Shown: positions 1 to 12,112, counted from the stretch's first letter. The stretch: DNA of 64,000 nt from Mobula hypostoma (GCF_963921235.1 NC_086112.1:64356001-64420000); one strand, 5' to 3'. Notes: a model not told the origin generated them from the sequence alone. Numbers and translations are program-made.

Positions 1-527
1 CTCTACTGTAAAGATGAAGCCACACTCAGGTTGGAGGAACAACATCTGGGTAGCCTCCAACCTGATGGCATGAACATCGACTTCTCTAACTTCCGCTAAG
101 GTCCCACCTCCCCCTCGTACCCCATCTGTTACTTATTTTTATGCACACATTCTTTCTCTCACTCTCCTTTTTCTCCCTCTGTCCCTCTGAATATACCTCT
201 TGCCCATCCTCTGGGTCACCCCCCCTTGTCTTTCTTCCCGGACCTCCTGTCCCATGATCCTCTCATATCCCCTTTTGCCTATCACCTGTCCAGCTCTCGG
301 CTCTATCCCTCCCCCTCCTGTCTTCTCCTATCATTTTGATCTCCCCCTCCTCCTCCAACTTTCAAATCCCTTACTCACTCTTCCTTCAGTTAGTCCTGAC
401 GAAGGGTCTCGGCCTGAAACGTCGACTGCACTTCTTCCTACAGATGCTGCCTGGCCTGCTGCGTTCACCAGCAACTTTGATGTGTGTTGCTTGAATTTCC
501 AGCATCTGCAGAATTCCTGTTGTTTGC
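1..527 (+). mobile_element. Penelope-like element 3' end (GIY-YIG C-terminus plus pyrimidine-rich 3' repeat)
   Basis: Near-identical to 2553-3104 and 38711-39234; encodes the tail ..ATLRLEEQH..GSLQPDGMNIDFSNFR*. Confidence 0.85.
392..427 (+). ncRNA. Minimal type I hammerhead ribozyme motif (intact core)
   Basis: AGTC-CTGACGA-AGGGTCTCGGCCT-GAAA-C-GTC-GACT: stem I AGUC/GACU, CUGANGA and GAAA boxes, GUC site (cleavage predicted after 423), palindromic ACGU stem III. Confidence 0.75.
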
Positions 528-943
528 GTCAAACCTCCTGATCTGCACCCACACCACAGACATTCAAATAAATTTTCATCAGCCTTGCAAGGTCTGGGAT
601 TCACAATTTTTAGGAACCCGTTGTTCAGAGCTACACTCCAAATTAAAACCATAATTTAGACTCAGACCCAAAGACTGGTGGTCAAAGTCATTTGCTAAAT
701 ATAAATGTGCTAAACCCAAAAATCACTCTATCACACCCAATACTCACTGTTTAAAAACCTATGAATTCTTCCATATTCTGCTTTTTTTTAAAAGCTCAGC
801 AGTCTCTGTCCATTCCAGAATAAGCACACCCTGTGCTGTTTGCTTTACTTGATTATTTCTTGCCATGTGTTTTTTACACTTGAACCTTTCACTGCTTCAA
901 CAGGTAGTTGTCTCTAGTTTGTTTAAAAGATTCTCATTGCCAT

Positions 944-1171
944 TTTTATGTTTTGTGACTCCAAAACATTAAACTAACTGGAAGGAAAACACGGAGTCCA
1001 GAATATGAGTCTGACTTCATTTTTACTTTAAGTGAAGCGTGTACGCAAGACTTGGTGGCATGATGATGTATGTCATTCATGTACTTCTATAGGTAACTTG
1101 CAATGCATTATGTAAACAGAGAATGCTTCATCAAACATTATATTTACAATATTACTCAAATATTACTGACA
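944..1171 (-). mobile_element. Degenerate LTR-like interspersed repeat
   Basis: TG at the minus-strand start and overall LTR-like layout; ends eroded, no clean TSD. Confidence 0.35.
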
Positions 1172-2228
1172 TGTGTTGTGTAATGAAATGGATTTGATTA
1201 GTGATCTTAAATTAAAGGAACTTTTAGGAGGCAGTGATTATAATGTGATAGATTTCACCCTGCAATTTGAGAAGGAGAAGATAAAGTCAGATGTATCATT
1301 ATTACAATGGAGTAAAGGGAATTAAAGAGGCATGAGAGAGGAGCTGGCCAAAATTGATTGGAAGGGGACACTAGCAGGGATGACAGCAGAGCAGCAATGG
1401 CTGGAATTTCTGGAGGCAATTCCAAAGGCACAGATTAGATACATCCCGAAGAAGAAATATTCTAAAGGCAGGATGACGCAAATCGTGGCTGACAAGAGAA
1501 GTCAAAAGCAACCTAAAAGCAAAAGAGAGGTAATATATTAGAACAAAAATTAGTGGGAAGGGAGAGGATTGGGGGACTTTTAAAAACCAACAGAAGGCAA
1601 CTAAAAATGCCGTAAGGGAAAAGATGAAATATGAAGGTAAGCTAGTCAATAATATCCAATAGGCTACCAAAAGTTTTTCAGACATATAAAGGGTAAAAGA
1701 GGGGTGAGAGTAGATATCGGACCACTGGAAAGTGACACTGGAATGGTAGTAATGGAGAACAGAGAAATGGCAGAAGATACTAGGAAAATGCCAGAGGTGT
1801 CAGGGGCAGAAGTGAGTGCAGTTGCTATTTCTAGGGTGAAGGAAGCTGGAAGGTCTGAAGATAGATTAGTCATTTGAACCAGATGGACAAACACCACAGG
1901 GTTCTGTGTGAGTTAGCTGAATAGATTGTGGAGGCATTAGTAATGATCTTTCAAGAATCACTAGATTCTGGAATGGATCTCTAAGACTAGAAAATTGTAA
2001 ATGTCACTCCACTCATTAAGAAGGAAGGAATTTATAAGCCAGTTAGCCTGATTCAGTGGTTGGAAAGATGTTGGAGTCAATTGTTAAGGATGAGGTCTCA
2101 GGGTGCTTCGAGCACATAATGAAATAGGCCGAAGTCAGCATGGAGAGAAGACAGGAGAAGGAAAATGGATCAGCCATGATGAAATGGTGGAACAGACTCA
2201 ATGGGATGAATAGCCTAATTCTGCTCCC
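1172..2228 (+). mobile_element. CR1 LINE fragments (ORF2 remnant plus short 3' end)
   Basis: MREELAKIDWKGTL..EQQWLEF and ANVTPL/NY.PVSL-like remnants with stops; CR1-type 3' end GCCTAATTCTGCTCC. Confidence 0.8.
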
Positions 2229-3104
2229 CACTGATCTCCCTCCCGGCACTTATCCTTGTAAGCGAAACAAGTGCTACACATGCCCTTACACTTCCTCCCT
2301 CACTACCATTCAGGGGCCCAGAAAGTCCTTCCAGGTGAGGCGACACTTCACCTGTGAGTCGGCTGGGGTGATATACTGTGTCCGGTGCTCCCGATGTGGC
2401 CTTCTATATATTGGCGAGACCCGACACAGACTGGGAGACTGTTTCGCTGAACATCTACGCTCTGTCCGCCAGAGAAAGCAGGATCTCCCAGTGGTCACAC
2501 ATTTTAATTCCACATCCCATTCCCATTCTGATATGTCTATCCACAGCCTCCTCTACTGTAAAGATGAAACCACACTCAGGTTGGAGGAACAACACCTTAT
2601 ATTCTGCCTGGGTAGCCTCCAACCTGATGACATGAACATTGACTTCTCTAACTTCCATTAATGCCCCACCTCCCCCTCGTACCCCATCCGTTTTATATAT
2701 TATATATATATATATGTATTCATTCTCTCTCTTTCTCTCTCTCTCTCCTTTTTCTCCCTCTGTCCCTCTGACTATACCCCTTGCCCATCCTCTCGGTTCC
2801 TCCCCTCCTCCCCTTTTCCTTCTCCCTGGGCCTCCTGTGCCATGATCCTCTCATATCCCTTTTGCTAATCACCTGTCCAGCTCTCGGCTCCATCCCTCCC
2901 TCTCCTGTCTTCTCCTATCATTTTGGATCTCCCCCTCCCACTTTCAAATCTCTTACTAGCTCTTCTTTCAGTTAGTCCTGACGGAGGGTCTCGGCCCAAA
3001 ATGTCGACTGTATCTCTTCCCAGAGATGCTGCCTGGCCTGCTGTGTTCACCAGCAACTTTTATGTGTGTTGCTTGAAATTCCAGCATCTGCAGATTTCCT
3101 CGTG
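2229..3104 (+). mobile_element. 5'-truncated Penelope-like element (GIY-YIG endonuclease plus 3' repeat)
   Basis: PGTYPCKRNKCYTCP...GVIYCVRCSRCGLLYIGETRHRLGDCFAEHLRSV (VIY..YIG); flanked by TCTGCTCCC at 2220-2228 and 3105-3113; hammerhead motif at 2974-3009 is mutated. Confidence 0.9.
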
Positions 3105-3605
3105 TCTGCTCCCATCTCTTTTGTTTTTATGATAACGAGTGTTATAGGAAATCAACCAAAATTCGTCTCTAACTTGGACATTTTTCAGATTTCCTTCACG
3201 GACTATACTGGTGAAAACTTATATCCAACCAAACTGTTACTGGGAATTCTTGCCCAATTCCAAGATCACGAGGATTTTATGGGATTACATAATAATATTA
3301 CAGGCTGAAAACCACTCTTCACATTGAAAATTATTAAATGTTATTGCAGAAATAAAAATGTCACATAAACATTAGAGGAAACAATACATCTTAGAACCAA
3401 GAATTTTAGATTGGCAGTGTGACAACAGATACATTAAATTTCAAAATGAATGATACGTACAGCACTTTGATGTAGCAAGCATTTGCAAACAGTTCTGGTC
3501 ATGGAAATGAACAATTGATATTTAAAATAGACTTTGTTCAATGCATGGTAGTCAAAGGTATCATCTTTGATATTTAATATCTTTATAAATCTCCTGTCTG
3601 TCAAG

Positions 3606-3749
3606 TCTTTTGCAGAGATGCTGAAAGTTAACAAAACACTGAAGAGTTTGAACATTGAGTCCAACTTTATCACTGGTAATGGAATCCTGGCTCTAGTGAA
3701 AGCTCTCCAATACAATAAATCTTTGGTTGAACTTAAGATTGACAATCAG
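3606..3749 (+). CDS. TMOD1: Tropomodulin-1, third-to-last coding exon (LRR domain)
   Basis: AG at 3604-3605, GT at 3750; 144 nt encoding [48 protein letters not shown], matching the tropomodulin LRR region. Confidence 0.95.
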
Positions 3750-3889
3750 GTCAGACGTGTTCAGTTTTCCTTCAAAATGTGTTTAACTCATTTCAATTGT
3801 AAATTTTATATGGTTTGAAAATATGGTGTGAAGTTTTTTGTGGGTAAATCCCAAATTTAACAGTAGGCTATATTTAGCTTTTGGCCTGT

Positions 3890-4850
3890 ACAAGGGAAAT
3901 CGGTGTTATTTATTGCATGAGCTCTTTCATTCTGTCTACATCTCCTCGTATCCAGACATTTTAACTCTACTTCCCATTCCCACACCAACGTGTCTGTCCA
4001 TGGCCTCCTCCACTGCCAAGCTGAGGCCAAATGCACATTGGAGGGAGAGCACGTCATATTCCATCTTGATAGTCTCCATGTCACTTGGTTTGGCTATGGC
4101 CCAGGTGCGGAGTGAGAGACACTGAAGCAGGTTGATAGTTCACAGACTTTAATACGAACAGTGTTAAAGGGAAAAGAAAACAATAAATGCTAGGCCAAGC
4201 AGGGCCGTTAACTAAAACTCTCAAATGGAAAACGAAGCCTACACAGACAAGGTGGAATGCAAACAGGCTGCGAAGCGTTGCTGTGTCCAAGTCTCGACAA
4301 ATACTACGACGGAATGAATGGAGTTAAATACTGTCACAATGAAATAATAATTAGTTGACACATGCATATCCACGAGCGCAATTGCCACATCTGCAGTGTT
4401 GCCGAATCCGTGGTTGTGACATTCCAACTTGGATTTCTTTCAGTAGCTGCTCCCCTCTATTCCCTCCTTGGTTTTCCCTTATCCTACCCGCCCTGTCACC
4501 CATCTCTTACCTTTCCCCCTCCCCTTGACCTGAACCTCACCCACACATTCTTCCCTCTGGTTTTCTCCATACCTCTTTATTTTTATTCTTTCTCTAGTGT
4601 AGTCTCCTATCAGATTCCAGTTCTTTGGCTCCTTGTCACTTCCATCTATTACCTCCTGGTTTCTTACCTCATTCCCACTTTCCCATCCTTCACCTGCCTG
4701 TCATCCCCTATCACCTACCAGTTCTTGCTCCTCCCCCTCCCCCCACCTTTCTTTTCTGTCCCAATGAAGGGTCTCAAACAAAAACATCAACTATTTCCCT
4801 CCAAAAATGCTGCCTGACCTTTTGAGTTCCTGCAACATTTTGTGTGTTGC
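3890..4850 (+). mobile_element. Old degenerate Penelope-like element interrupted by a solo LTR
   Basis: Diverged homology to the GIY-YIG tail (cattttaactctacttcccattcccacacc..) and to the 3' repeat (gaagggtctc..tgctgcctgacct). Confidence 0.65.
4079..4421 (-). mobile_element. Solo LTR (Gypsy-like)
   Basis: TGTCAC...GTGACA terminal inverted repeat; near-TSD CTCCA/TTCCA; TATA-like and ATTAAA motifs on the minus strand. Confidence 0.7.
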
Positions 4851-4989
4851 AAAAGGAAGATAGGATTCTGTTAGCTACTGCTTGTTTAGCATGTTCGGTT
4901 AAAGTGCCTTGGGATATTTATTATGTTAGGGTTGTCTTGTAAATGCAGTTTACCAAAGTATATGATGCATCTCCTTCCTTTATTCATAG

Positions 4990-5134
4990 TGTCAGCAGCT
5001 GGGTAATAAAGTGGAAATGGAAATTGCAAACATGCTGGAACAAAATCGAGCGCTTCTGAAATTTGGCTATCATTTCACCCAGCAAGGCCCAAGGCTTCGA
5101 GCTTCTAATGCTGTGATGAACAACAATGACCTTG
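4990..5134 (+). CDS. TMOD1: Tropomodulin-1, penultimate coding exon
   Basis: catag acceptor, gtaaga donor; [48 protein letters not shown] with the hallmark [11 protein letters not shown]; ends in phase 1. Confidence 0.96.
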
Positions 5135-6563
5135 GTAAGATAACTTCCTTTGTCGCCACAATGTTCTACGATGTGTTCAGATATCACATTTAATTTTGGT
5201 TTTAATTAATTTTAGTATTCAGACTAATATAAAATACCAAGAAAACTTTATATTTGACATTTACAAGTTGCAGTATTGGAACAGCTATAACATCTAATGT
5301 AATGATATAATTGTTATGCACCAACATTTTTGTTTAATTTAATTGTGAAAAGTTCAAATACATTTTGCTATATTTAAGCTCTGGGCTCTCACGAAAAATT
5401 GCCTGATTGATATAGCAGTTCCAATTCTTTGTGCCTATTGTTTTTTTAACAAATAAAACTCCATTATTGTTAACATATGAATGCCATGTAATTTATATAA
5501 AAACTTCTTTAATATGTTTTCCCAGTCGTTGCGTTCAAAATTCCAGCTCTGGTTTCCTTCCTGTTGAGTTTCCACTTCCAAATGTGCTTTTACAGAAATC
5601 ACTGGGTAGAGAAGTTATGTCACGTTAGGGAGACAAAACTGAAATGCTCATTTCATGACACATTCTCATATTTCTATATAATTGCTAAGAAGTTGAACTT
5701 GTATTGAGCAGTACGTCTTCCAGCGTGTACTGAGAAACTGAGTTATGCATAGCATGGAAAACCTTTACAAAGAGCAAAAGACATTGGCACGTATGTAGCA
5801 ACCTGCACTTGAGGAGAGGAGAGAAGAGACTCAAACTAATTGGAAAAATTGAAGAAAAGTCCATGGTATAGATTTGTGAAAATGTTTATGGGCCTAAGGA
5901 GTGGAAGGAGGTGGGTGGTTTTCAAGAATTATTTTACTGAGTTCAATTCAGTTTGAGGTTGAAGTGAAAATTAACTTGCTCATCAGAGCTACAGCACCAG
6001 AGGTAATTACTATTTAAATGCTTACGACAATAAAACATCCACTAGTTACGTCATTATTGCGGTGGGTTCCACAACTCTGCTGCCTGGGACTATGTATGAC
6101 TCTTAGTACCTTCAATAAATTGGTTTAGTCAAAAATTTAGAACTGCATTAAATTCAAGATGCTAGTAAATTGAGTTAGTGGCAAAATATAATAAAGGCAA
6201 TTTAAGTCCACCATCCTTGAATGAAACAGAATCTGAAGTTACTGCTAATCTAATATATTAATGACTACCGTAAGAGGGATTTTCAAAAGTTGTGATAAAA
6301 CATTCTTAGTGAGTTTGAAGTAAAAACAGAAAATGCTGAGAATACTCAGCAGGACAGGCAGCATCTTCGGAGAGAGAAACAGAGTTAAGGTTTCAACTTG
6401 TGAAGTTTCACAGATGCTGCTTGACTTCTGACGATCCAGCTTTTTCGTTTTTTTATTTCAACTTTCCAATATCAGTGGATTTTATACATTAATGAATTTT
6501 CTTTTTAGAATCCCTGGTTGTCTTGTTTTGCAGGAGTTCTTAACAATCCAATTTTTGTTGCAG

Positions 6564-6628
6564 CTCGCATTAACAGAGCAGATGGTTCCTGGCCTAGATT
6601 CTCAGCTTTGGAGCTGGAGGAGATATAA
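6564..6628 (+). CDS. TMOD1: Candidate alternative terminal coding exon of TMOD1 (ARINRADGSWPRFSALELEEI*)
   Basis: Acceptor atttttgttgcag; in phase 1 gives 21 aa then TAA, the same 65-nt coding length as the canonical last exon; followed by about 1.3 kb of TE-poor, UTR-like sequence. Confidence 0.5.
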
Positions 6629-7974
6629 GTATATAGTATTTTTTGGTCATAGTCTCCCTTACTGAATTGGCAGTGCTTTACACTGCCTTTCTGCTGGACT
6701 ACACCAACTTCCCTTTCTCTGACTGCAGATTTATCCCCTTCCCCTTTCCTCCACTGCTTTTCCTGTTTTTCTTGCTACACAATTATACTTTATGATTAAT
6801 AATTCTGGATATCCTTTTTATATATAGATCTAAATTGCATTAACTAGCAAATCTATGTCTGCAGCAGTGAAATTTCTTCTGTTATAATACCTTTTTCTTA
6901 GCTGAGATTTAAAAAAAAAAATCTGTATATTGTCACTTCTTTAAAAGAACTGCAAAATGCCACTTGGAAGCAATTTTTCACATACAGCATGAGGCAGAGT
7001 CAAAGAATGTTGCAATAACCTCCATTTAGTAATAGCCATTTTAATTATAAGTCCTATCTCAAAGTTGTTCAGTGCTGTTTTTACTGAATCTCCGCTTTCC
7101 AAGGTGTGCATTATTTCACTTTGGGGCTAATTTCTGACTCTATGATTGACTGCCATTGGAAAGGGGTTTGAGCTCAGAATCTGATATTAGAGACAGTTCT
7201 GATCATTTGAATTGGGCTGCACGTGTCCCAGCGGCTAACATTCTTTCTGTCATCATGTTGTCATTGTGTACAAAGTTAATGTTGTGATATAGCTTTTCAA
7301 GCACAGAAATCAATACTTTACAAATTTTCAAACAGAAATTGGCAATTGCATTTTCAGCACTGAAAGATTATAACGACATTTTACCATCTATTTCATTATA
7401 TCTGAAGTAGTGTTCAGTTTTATTGGGATGTTTACATCGGCATGTTTGAAAAGAATTGATTTGCTATCACCACAGCCACTTTGCATGTGTGTCTACTCCT
7501 TATTACTTAGTAAGGCTAAGATCTAATAACTTTGCTTCACTTTCGATAATATTGCTAACATTTGGAATAGAGATACAGTGCATTCACTGGGGGATAAGAA
7601 CCCTACCTCTCAGCTTCTTGCCACAAATCCCCTAATCACCAAGCAACAGTAAACAATTTTGTGTGTTGTTGGACAAAGGATGAAGAACCAACAGAACAAA
7701 GTTAAAAGTGTACTATGCCACACAACGGAATATTGCCAAACAGACATTGCAGTAGAGAACGTTTTTGTAGTGCAAGAAAACACTTTGTATTTTACACAAA
7801 AAATGATTGACTAAATTAGTTTTCAACTGTAGATAAATTATAATAATTTTTCGATATTGACTTTTTTGGTGTTTCAAACCTAGTTGATGGAAGGTGTCAA
7901 TACTACACTGGGCCCAGGTGAAACTTTTTTGTGCAAACATGATTTTAAAAAAAACATTTATATTGTTTTATTAA

Positions 7975-8540
7975 TAGGGGTAGAGGTGTATAGGGTGAAG
8001 AAGTCATGCTGCAACTATAGTCAGACCACACTCACACTTGGAGTCTTGCATGCATATTCCAGTCACTCCATTATAGGAATGATGGAGAGGTAAAGAAGAG
8101 GTTTACTTGGATTCTGCCCAGATCAGAAGGTATGAGCTATTAAGAAAGGTTGTACAGGCTTAGGTTACTCTCCCTAAAATTCTGGGGGCTGGGGGAGAGA
8201 CCTGATGGGAGTTTATAAATTTATGAGAAGCATAGATTGAGTAGACAGTCAGAATCTTTTCCCAGGGTCAAGCACCTTTAAAGATTAGAGGGTGAAGTGA
8301 GGAGCAAGTTTTATTATGCAGAGAGTGGCAGGTGTCTGGGACTGGTTACATGGGTACTCGTGGAAACAGGCCCTTTGGTTGAGTCTAAGAAGTTTTTAGA
8401 TAGAAAGATGAACATGAAGGGAATGAAGGGATATGGATGATAAATGCGAGGAGGACATTCTGTATAAATTGGCATCAAGATCGGCTAAACGTCATGGGCA
8501 GAATGACCTATCTGGTGCTTTACTGTTCTGTGTTCTAATT
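7975..8540 (+). mobile_element. Degenerate CR1 LINE 3' end
   Basis: Remnants of MLQLY..RPHLEY and the CR1 3' UTR ending ctgttctgtgttcta. Confidence 0.7.
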
Positions 8541-9201
8541 TGGAGTTCGGTAACTAGCATCAAGTGGTTAAACACATTTTATAGACTAACGGTAGAACAG
8601 ATTCAAGTGTATGAGTCAGGTGCTGGTTCACCATGCCAACCATCTGGAATCTAATTTCAGTAAGGCCAAAATAGATGTAGTTTTAGTAAGAAAAGATGTA
8701 CAGAGAAAAAAAAGAGACCATAATTGGAGAGTGGCTTGTGTAGTGCATATTGAATCTTTTATAGAGAGAAAGAGAAGACAATGGGTGAGACTTAGTAACT
8801 GTAATTTCTGACCTAAGAGCAATTGGCAGTGATACCAGATGCAAAAATGTTGCACGGAATGCTTTGTACAGCTTTATATGCAGAACTGAACTTTAAGAAT
8901 AAAGATTAATTTATTTTGAGATAGATTTACAAAAGAAAATGCAAAATGAGTGAAAAAAATAGCGGTTTAAAAGTGGGATTTATATAGTCAGACAAGAAAT
9001 GAACATAATCAGAAGGCTGAAAGTGTTCTTGGTCACTTTTAAAGATTGCTTCAAAACTGACACTTCAGCATGCTGATAGTTTAAAAACCAGTGAACATTT
9101 GAACTAGGAAAATGAATTACTTAAGCCTTTTATGTCTGAACTTTAGAACACGAGAAACTCTTTTGCATATCTATGGTACAAATTTTGTTTCTTTTTGAAG
9201 A

Positions 9202-9848
9202 GATGACTCTGTGGTTAAGAAGGCATACGGTGCATTGGCCTTCATAAATTGTGGGATTGAGTTTAGGAGCCGAGAGGTAATGTTACAGCTATATAGGACC
9301 CTGGTCAGACCCCACTTGGAATACTGTGCTCAGTTCTGATTGACTCACTACAGGAAGGATGTGGAAGCCATAGAAAGGGTGTAGAGGAGATTTACAAAGG
9401 TGTTGCCTGGATTTGGAGGCATGCCTTATGAGAATAGGTTGAGTGAACTCAGCCTTTTCTCCTTGGAGAGACGGAGGATGAGACGGGACCTGATAGAGGT
9501 GTATAAGATGATGAGAGGCATTGATCGTGTGGATAGTCAGAGGTTTTTTTCCCAGGGCTGAAATGGCTAGCACAAGAGGGTACAGTTTTAAGGTGCTTGG
9601 AAGTAGGTACAGTGGAGATGTCAGGGGTAAGTTTTTTTACTCAGAGTGCTGAGTGTGTGGAATGGGCTGCCGGTGACAGTGGTGGAGGCAGATACGATAG
9701 GGTCCTTCAAGAGACTTCTGGATGGCTACATGGAGCTTAGAAGAATAGAAGGCTCTGTGTAACCCTGGGTAATTTCTAAGGTAAGGATATGTTTGGCACA
9801 GCTTTGTGGGCCAAAGGGACTGTATTGTACTGTAGGTTTTCTATGTTT
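9202..9848 (+). mobile_element. CR1 LINE 3' end
   Basis: KKAYGALAFI..EVMLQLYRTLVRPHLEYCAQF; same subfamily as 40439-41220; tail ttttctatgttt. Confidence 0.88.
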
Positions 9849-10424
9849 ATATGACAAACAATTGAGATTACATTCTTAAAAGCACTTTGAAACCTAATTT
9901 AAATGGTTACGAGAACAGACAGGATTAATTACTTTAGGGACACTGAGAGCAAAATCAGGTAGTTATGATTAACCAGTATAGAATGAAGTATTTTGTCCAG
10001 GTAGGAATGACATGATAGCCTTGAAGCAGAAGAGATTTCAAATCCTTGAATAATGCAGAAAATAAGTTATTTTACCATTGTCTGTCTGCCAGGTCTTTGA
10101 GGGAACTATCCATTAGCTCCTTTGCTTTACTCATTTTCTACAACCTTGCAAATTACTCCTTTGCAAATGCAGTAATGGAACATGTTCCATCATCCAATGC
10201 AATGCACACATTGTATTCTGGACCGTAACTTGCTGCATTAGGTATCGTTTTCTTCTTTTGTTCCAGTTGCTTTCCTGGAGAATATTAAATCTGTGACCTC
10301 TGACTGTAACCTTGTTTACTATATCTAAGATTTTTGAACATCTGTATTCATCTTTTTTTGCTATAAGGAATTTTCTCTAATAAAATCAAAATGCTGAAAA
10401 TACTCAGCTGGTTAAGCAGCACCT

Positions 10425-10735
10425 GTGGTGCCATGGTAGAGTAGTGGTTCACATGATGCTATTACAGCTCTGGGATTTCTGGAGTCTGGAGTTCAATTCT
10501 GGTGCTGTTCTGTAAGGAGTCTCCGTACGTCCTCCTCAAGGAATGTGTGAGTTTTCTCTCGGTCCTCTGGTTTCATCCCACAGTCCAAAGATGTATCGGG
10601 TGAGTTAATTGGTCATTGTAAATTGTCCTGTGATTAGGTTAGGGTTAATTAGGTTTGTCAGAAGCTGCTGGGACAGCATAACTCAAAGGGTTGAAATTGC
10701 CTACTCCGTCCTGTATCGCTAAATAAACAAACAAA
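10425..10735 (+). mobile_element. tRNA-derived V-SINE (HE1-like)
   Basis: B-box-like GAGTTCAATTC; V-domain-like ggtttcatcccacagtccaaagat; A-rich tail. Confidence 0.7.
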
Positions 10736-12112
10736 CTGATGCTGCAATGACCTTTCATCAAAGCTGGAAAAAGTTATAAAACAAGTATGTCTTAAGTTGC
10801 AGAAAATTGATATGCCTGGAAAGATTCAAGGGAATGTCTTTGATAAGGTGAGACTAAGAGAGACTGAGACATGTGGTGGTGCTAGCTGTGAGGGTGCCAA
10901 AGGCTTCTTAACAACAGCTCGATCAGTCTGAAGAAGGTTAAATGAAGTCAGATAAATAAATTCTGAGGAAACAAAAAAAAACAATGTTGAAACTGTCAGA
11001 CACATCACAGCTAATAGAGTTCTTAAATAAAAGGGAATGTTAAAAATACCCAGTAGGTTAGGCAGCAGAGGCTGACAACTTCTCATCAAAACTGGGCAGT
11101 TTTTTTTCCACAAACTAGAAGCACTAGTTACTAAGATTATTGCCTTCTTAAAGATGAGATGCTACTCCTCAAGGTGACATTGGACTTCACTGGAACAGTA
11201 TCATATGCCAAAAGTTGGAGTGGAGAATTAAAGTAACAGACAACTGGAAGGGCAGGGTAATCCTCACCTAGGGTCAATCAGACACTTATTCACCGTCTAG
11301 TAGCCGCAAAAATTAAGTCACACATTATCTTGCTCCCTGCCCCCCATGTGTTCAGTTACATTCGAGTAGATTAGAATATCATTGCCAAATCCTGCCCTGT
11401 ATTTTCCCTTTGGATTCCTCGGTAAACTGGGCTACATAATCCCCCTCTCCCCAACCACTAGACTGATTTTTCTTACGTTGTGTACTGGCAGCATTTTTAA
11501 GCAGTACATCTGTACTTATTTGTCTACACTTCCTCCTTTTACTAAAATGATGCCTGTATTTAGATTGGTTATATGGAGGGATTAGAACAGCCGAGATTGT
11601 TCTTACAAACCAGAAGTTGAGGAGAGATGAAATAGAAGAGTTTTGATTGATGCTAATGACAATATGATCCATTGATGAGGGGAATAGTAACCACAGAACA
11701 TACCCTATAAAACTCTGCCTCAGCAGAGGGACATGGAAAATAGTAACATATTGCTTAGGGTGGCCTGAATTTACAGAGCGTTTAATAGTGTTAAATAGAT
11801 TAGAATAGAGAAAAATGGTTCAAAAACATGGGCTCTATCTTTCTGAATGCAGAAAGCATTTCTAACAAGATGGACGAATCAACTGCGGGAATAGGGATTA
11901 TTGGTACAAACTAACAGCCAGCATTGAACAAGTTTGCAAAATGGTCAATTTTAGGATAATTGGAATATTTCAGGAGAGGCGTAATGGGAAAGGAGGTGAG
12001 AAACTCTGATAATAAAGGAATGTATTAGGACATTAGCTCTGAAAGTTAGGAAGTAGAATTGTTCATACCAGATTAAAAAGAAAATTCACAGAAAAGGAAT
12101 AGATGGTGAAAG

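Noticed and set aside
5526-5860. Another alternative TMOD1 terminal exon after ttttcccag
   Set aside because: The phase-1 translation (VVAFKIPALVSFLL...) has no resemblance to a tropomodulin tail and no other support
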